A stretch of 57,850 nucleotides of DNA from Pirellulales bacterium (GTDB taxonomy: Bacteria; Planctomycetota; Planctomycetia; Pirellulales; UBA1268), in the NCBI GenBank assembly GCA_044337015.1, contig JBIIOJ010000001.1, positions 1 through 57,850 on the forward strand, read 5' to 3'. Both the position numbers and the translations under genes were made by a program. Of this stretch, positions 53,896 to 57,850 are shown piece after piece. Position 1 is the stretch's first letter. The number at the start of each line of letters is the position of its first letter. The notes beneath the pieces were generated by a model that made no database searches, was not told where the DNA came from, and worked only from the letters and a program-made list of their open reading frames with translations.

Positions 53896-56800
53896 CTAGC
53901 GTGCGAACCCGACGAAGAAGCTGAAGAGCTGCTGGCTGTCGTAGGGGGCGTAGACCACCGGCACCGCGAAGTCGAGCGCGATCGGCGCGGGGCCCATCGC
54001 CGGCAGCGTGATCCGCAGGCCGAAGCCGGGCGATACGCGGAAGTTCTTGATCGTCACGTTGCTCTCGACCGTGCCGAAGTCGGTGAAGACCACGCCGCGG
54101 AGCGTGTCGTCGGCGGTGATCGGAAACAGGTACTCGATGGTGTTGAGCCACTGGAAAGGGCCGCCGACGATCGCGGCGTTCTGGTTGCCGACCGGCTCCG
54201 TGCCGCCGACGGTCTGCCGGGGGCTCGCCCCGCGGAACACGAAGCCGCGGAGCGTGTTGTAGCCGCCCGCGTAGAAGTTGTCGTAGGCGGGCGTATCGGG
54301 GCCCGACATGCCGAGCACCGAGCCGACCGAGAGGACGTGGCGGCCCGAGCCGTCGGCCCGCTCGTTGAGCAGGAAATACTGCCGCCCCTCGAGGATGCCG
54401 CGCGGGTAGTTGAACGTGCCGATCACCTGCTCGAACTCGAACGTCGCGAGGTGGCCTTGCGTCGGCATGAACGGGCTGTCGCGGGTGTCGTGGATGACCC
54501 CGCCCGAGAAGCCGTAGACGCTGTTGGTGCCGAGCATCCTCGAGATGTCGGGCGTGAGGAGCCGCGGGTTGTAGATGTCGACATTCTCACCACGGATGCC
54601 GCAGTTGACCGAGAGGTCGGGGGCGAACGCGAACTGGTAGCCGAGGCCGAGCCGGCCGCCGATACGACCCTCGGCCCAGTCGTAGAAGAATCGCGTGTAG
54701 TAGGAGCCGCTCGCCGAGAGCCCGATCCGCGTGTCGAAGAGGTAGGGCTCCTGGAAGGTCGCCGTGTAACGCTGCAGCTGCGTGCCCGGCGCCGCCTCGA
54801 GCCGGAATCGCTGGCCCGCGCCACGGAAGGCGGTGCCGTTGCGGATGTCCTCCCAGCTCCGCGGCAGCCGGAAGAGGTCGAAGTTCTGCTCGTCCACGAC
54901 GAAGTTGCCGACGAGGCCGGCGTTGGAGTTCACGCCGGCGCCCATCATGAGCCGTCCCGTCTGCGTCTCCGTGGCATCGACGTCGACGATCACGTAGGGC
55001 TCGCTGCCCGGAAAGACGTTCACCGGCTCCTGCGGAAACGCCGGGATGCCGGGCTGGCCAGGGAATCCGGGCGCAGGCTGCCCGACCGGCACCGCCGAGG
55101 GAGGACCGCCGGGGAAGAGCGGCTGGCCGGCCACGGGCTGCTGCGCGACGTAGACCGGGGGAGGAGCGTAGACGGGTGGCGGGGCGTTGCTCCGCCGGTA
55201 GTCGATCGCCTCGGGGCCCGTCGGCGCGATCGCCGCGCCGCCCCAAGCCGGCTGCACCGGCGCGGGTGCGGCCATCGCGGCCGGCTGTTGCACTGGTGGC
55301 TGTTGCAATGGCGGCTGCTGGAACGGCTGCTGGGGAGCGGCAGGCTGGGGCTGGAAGCCGGAGGGCGGCGGGGCCGCGGAAGGCTGCCACGGCTGCGGGC
55401 TCTGGCCCCGCCAGACCGGCGGCTTCTCCGCCTCCGTGGCGGGCGCGGCCTGCGGAGGCTCGGGCGCGAGCTCCCCCTCGAGAACGAGGTCGAGCACGGC
55501 GTCTTCCTCTCCGTCGGGGCTCTGCCCGCGAAAGCCGGGCCGCTTCGGATCCCGCGCGATCTGCTCGCCACCGTCCTCGGTGTTCTCCGGCTTCGAAAAG
55601 ACGATCTTCGGGCCCTCCCCCTTCGCGGCGTCGGCCAGGAAGAGACTGCTCGACTTGATCCTGCGTTCGTCGTCGCGGAGCTTACGGATGTCGAGGATGT
55701 CGCCGGGCCGTAGCGACAGCCGGTTCAAGATCGTGCTGTGCTTCGTATGCGGGTGTTCGCCACGAATGCGGACGTTGATCTTCCCGACGCGATACCGCTG
55801 CCCCTCGGCGACGTTGTAGACGAGATCGAGCTGGCCCGGCTCCTCGAGAAACCGCGGGTCGGCCCGGATGTCGGCGAAGACGAACCCGCGGCCGCCGTAG
55901 ATGTCGCGGATCATGTTGAGGTCGAGATCCATCTTCGACTGGTTGAACGGCTCGCCGCTGGTGAGCTTCAGCTCCCGCTCGAGGAACTCGCTCTTGAACT
56001 TCGTGTTGCCCATGAAAGAGACGTTGCGGATCGAATACCGCGGCCCCTCGTTGATGACGAACGTGAGCATGGCCCAGTCGCGACCGCCCCCCTTCACGAC
56101 CTCCAGCTCGCGGCCCACCTTCGCCTGGAAGAAGCCGAGGCTGCGGTAGTAGGCCGTGAGCAGGTCGACATCCTGGTCGAGTTTCTCGCGGTCGATGTCG
56201 CCGCCGATCAGCCAGAAGACGCCCGGCTTGCTCTTGATCTGGGTGAGGAGCCGCGCGTCGCTGGCGATCGTGTTGCCGACGAAGCTCGTCCAGAGCGACT
56301 TCTTCGCGCGGCCCTCGTCGATGAGGAAGACGGCTCCCTTGTCCCCGGGCTTGCTCCCCTCGACGGTCGTGACCTTCGCCGCGTCGTAGCCTTTCTCGTG
56401 GTAGAAGGACTCGAGCCGGCGACGAGCCTCCTCGACGACGTAGGGATCCATCGAGTCGCCGATCTCGATCTCCGATTTCTTCTTGAGCGTGCGGGTGCTC
56501 ACGAGGTCGTTGCCGACGAACTTGACGTACCGAAGCATCGGCCGCTCGACGACCTGGAAGATCACGACGATCCCTTCGGCCACGCGGACGTACTTCGGGT
56601 GCACGTCGATGAACTTCTTCGAGCGGTGGAGCGAGCGGACGTCCTCCTCGATCGCGTTGGTATCGAAGATCTGTCCCGCGCGGGTCACGAGCTTCGGGAG
56701 CTTCGCGACGTCGGTGGCATGATTGCCCTCGATTCGGACCTCGACGATCCGGTTGGCGTCGTCCTCGGCCGGAGTTGCCGCCGCGGGCAGGGCAGCGGTT

Positions 56801-56931
56801 GGCGCGGAGGCCGGCGGGAGCGGCGTCTGGCCGTACACCCAGGCTGCCGGCCAGCCGACGGCAAACGCGACGAGCACGCGCAAGGCGGCCCGACGCGCCG
56901 GACGGATGATGACCGGGGGGCTTTGGAGCAT
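53896..56931 (-). CDS. bamA: Outer membrane protein assembly factor BamA (Omp85) with Pro/Gln-rich insertion
   Basis: I use the internal ATG (MLQSPPVIIRPARRAALRVLVAFAVGW..., signal). POTRA-like repeats are present (IVEVRIEGNHATD..., RYSIRNVSFMGNTKF..., RYRVGKINVRIRGEH...). The C-terminal Omp85 barrel contains GRLMMGAGVNSNAGL, YAGGYNTLRGF and VVFTDFGTV. A ~200-aa low-complexity P/Q/A segment sits between them. Confidence 0.85.
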   Translation of the reverse strand: MLQSPPVIIRPARRAALRVLVAFAVGWPAAWVYGQTPLPPASAPTAALPAAATPAEDDANRIVEVRIEGNHATDVAKLPKLVTRAGQIFDTNAIEEDVRSLHRSKKFIDVHPKYVRVAEGIVVIFQVVERPMLRYVKFVGNDLVSTRTLKKKSEIEIGDSMDPYVVEEARRRLESFYHEKGYDAAKVTTVEGSKPGDKGAVFLIDEGRAKKSLWTSFVGNTIASDARLLTQIKSKPGVFWLIGGDIDREKLDQDVDLLTAYYRSLGFFQAKVGRELEVVKGGGRDWAMLTFVINEGPRYSIRNVSFMGNTKFKSEFLERELKLTSGEPFNQSKMDLDLNMIRDIYGGRGFVFADIRADPRFLEEPGQLDLVYNVAEGQRYRVGKINVRIRGEHPHTKHSTILNRLSLRPGDILDIRKLRDDERRIKSSSLFLADAAKGEGPKIVFSKPENTEDGGEQIARDPKRPGFRGQSPDGEEDAVLDLVLEGELAPEPPQAAPATEAEKPPVWRGQSPQPWQPSAAPPPSGFQPQPAAPQQPFQQPPLQQPPVQQPAAMAAPAPVQPAWGGAAIAPTGPEAIDYRRSNAPPPVYAPPPVYVAQQPVAGQPLFPGGPPSAVPVGQPAPGFPGQPGIPAFPQEPVNVFPGSEPYVIVDVDATETQTGRLMMGAGVNSNAGLVGNFVVDEQNFDLFRLPRSWEDIRNGTAFRGAGQRFRLEAAPGTQLQRYTATFQEPYLFDTRIGLSASGSYYTRFFYDWAEGRIGGRLGLGYQFAFAPDLSVNCGIRGENVDIYNPRLLTPDISRMLGTNSVYGFSGGVIHDTRDSPFMPTQGHLATFEFEQVIGTFNYPRGILEGRQYFLLNERADGSGRHVLSVGSVLGMSGPDTPAYDNFYAGGYNTLRGFVFRGASPRQTVGGTEPVGNQNAAIVGGPFQWLNTIEYLFPITADDTLRGVVFTDFGTVESNVTIKNFRVSPGFGLRITLPAMGPAPIALDFAVPVVYAPYDSQQLFSFFVGFAR

Positions 56932-57162
56932 CGTGCGCACGTTCCAGGGGCTCGGCGGGAACACAGGGGGCGAAGCAATACCGGACCGCGGAGAGGGACC
57001 ACAAGCCGAAAACGCCCCCGAACGCCCGGTTCCGACCGTCGGCTCGCCGTTCCACGGCCGCCGCGGCCCGCCCGCCGCTTTCCACGCTTGCCCAGACCGC
57101 GATGCTTCGCTCTTCAGCCCACTGCGCAGCAGGGCCCGACGGACAGCAGGTAGGATGGGAGC

Positions 57163-57850
57163 ATGCCTCCAACGTTCATCGAACTCGGCAGCACGGAGGA
57201 CAGCCGCGACGTCGTCCACAGGGCCGTTCAGGCGCTCGCCGAGGGGAAGCTGGTCGCCTTCCCGACCGAGACCGACTACGTCGTGGCCGCGGCCGCCCGA
57301 TGTGTCGAGGCGGTACGCAGGCTCGCGGCTTTCGTATCCGCCCGCACCGACGAACCGCGGCTCTCCCTGGCGGTGAAGAGCGTCGATGAGGCGCTCGACT
57401 GGGCACCCAGGCTCAGCCCGCTCGCCCGGCGGATGGCCCGGCGGTGCTGGCCGGGACCGGTCGCGATCGTCGTGGAAGACGACCATCCGGAGAGCCTCGT
57501 CCACCGGCTGCACGAGGACGCCCGCGAGGCGCTCGTCGGCGGCGGCAGGATTCGGCTTCGCGTTCCCGGCCACCCGATGCTCTCCGACTGCATGCGGATG
57601 CTCTCGGGGCCGGTGGCGCTTGCCGAGCCGCGCGGCGACGCGGGGGAATGTCCCGCCACGGCAGCCGAGTGCGTGCGGCTCGCCGGACCGGGCGTGGCGA
57701 TGGTCATCGACGACGGCAAGACCCGGTATGCACAGCCGCCGACGGCGGTGGAGGTCGATCCACGCGGCTTCCGAGTCGTGAGGCAGGGAGTGGTGCCGGA
57801 GGAGACGATCCGTCGGCTCTCGAGCCTGCTTGTGCTCTTCGTCTGCACGG
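57163..57850 (+). CDS. YrdC/Sua5-family (threonylcarbamoyl-AMP synthase-like) protein, 3'-partial; apparent fusion to an LMW-PTP domain
   Basis: This ORF is not in the ORF track because it is open to the window end. ATG 57163 gives MPPTFIELGSTEDSRDVVHRAVQALAEGKLVAFPTETDYVVAAAA...WPGPVAIVV...RLRVPGHP..., the YrdC-domain blocks. The last codons read SSLLVLFVCT(G), the start of the LMW phosphotyrosine phosphatase P-loop (V/I-L-F-V-C-x-G-N-x-C-R-S). Confidence 0.7.
   Translation, partial: MPPTFIELGSTEDSRDVVHRAVQALAEGKLVAFPTETDYVVAAAARCVEAVRRLAAFVSARTDEPRLSLAVKSVDEALDWAPRLSPLARRMARRCWPGPVAIVVEDDHPESLVHRLHEDAREALVGGGRIRLRVPGHPMLSDCMRMLSGPVALAEPRGDAGECPATAAECVRLAGPGVAMVIDDGKTRYAQPPTAVEVDPRGFRVVRQGVVPEETIRRLSSLLVLFVCT

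Noticed and set aside
55000-55600. Short imperfect DNA repeats (GGCTGCTG/GGCTGTTG...) that might suggest a tandem-repeat or CRISPR-like array.
   Set aside because: The units are 8-15 nt, irregular and in frame within bamA. They encode the P/Q-rich linker and have no spacer/repeat architecture.
56932-57573. The N-terminal 214 codons of the 1225-aa track ORF containing bamA.
   Set aside because: The extension has no signal peptide or POTRA features. It runs through the divergent promoter region and overlaps the YrdC-like gene on the other strand. The internal ATG at 56931 gives a proper signal sequence.

Overview
This is a GC-rich bacterial chromosomal segment (roughly two-thirds G+C by eye). 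Its gene content looks strongly Planctomycetota-like: two PSCyt/DUF1549/DUF1553 + DUF1501 gene pairs, a PVC-type haem-binding dehydrogenase, a BlaI/BlaR1 pair, an LESR-motif secreted repeat protein, a sulfatase and Fae. I call 39 protein-coding genes, one of which runs off the right edge. I also call one decayed gene fragment, two identical tRNA-Leu(CAA) 3'-half fragments, one 96-nt perfect palindromic element and one operator-like dyad pair. I did not recognise an intact tRNA or rRNA, a CRISPR array, an integrase or a transposase. All functional calls come from motif-level recognition of the supplied translations, with no database search. Internal start codons were placed by counting residues in the ORF track. 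Many very long ORFs in the track are antisense shadows of real genes, which is typical of GC-rich DNA, and were rejected. I cannot point to a complete, clearly novel multi-gene system. The observations I consider most worth follow-up are: (1) a 96-nt palindromic, MITE-like element sits exactly at a PSD1/DUF1501 gene junction, seems to have displaced the original start codon and now supplies the start codon from its loop (44817-44939). (2) Two identical 55-nt tRNA-Leu 3' halves bracket a 3.5-kb RelE-type TA + BlaI/BlaR1 cassette that has no integrase (326-3946). (3) A NosR/NapH-like double-FMN-domain membrane protein lacks its Fe-S domain and is translationally coupled to ApbE. (4) BamA carries a ~200-residue Pro/Gln-rich insertion and is coupled to a GT9 glycosyltransferase. 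(5) A thioester-less 2133-aa alpha-2-macroglobulin has no usual partner genes and is followed by a decayed alpha-oxoamine synthase remnant. (6) vapBC, a MEKHLA gene and a spermidine-synthase-like gene form one co-directional string. (7) A YrdC-type domain appears to be fused to an LMW-PTP signature at the window edge.
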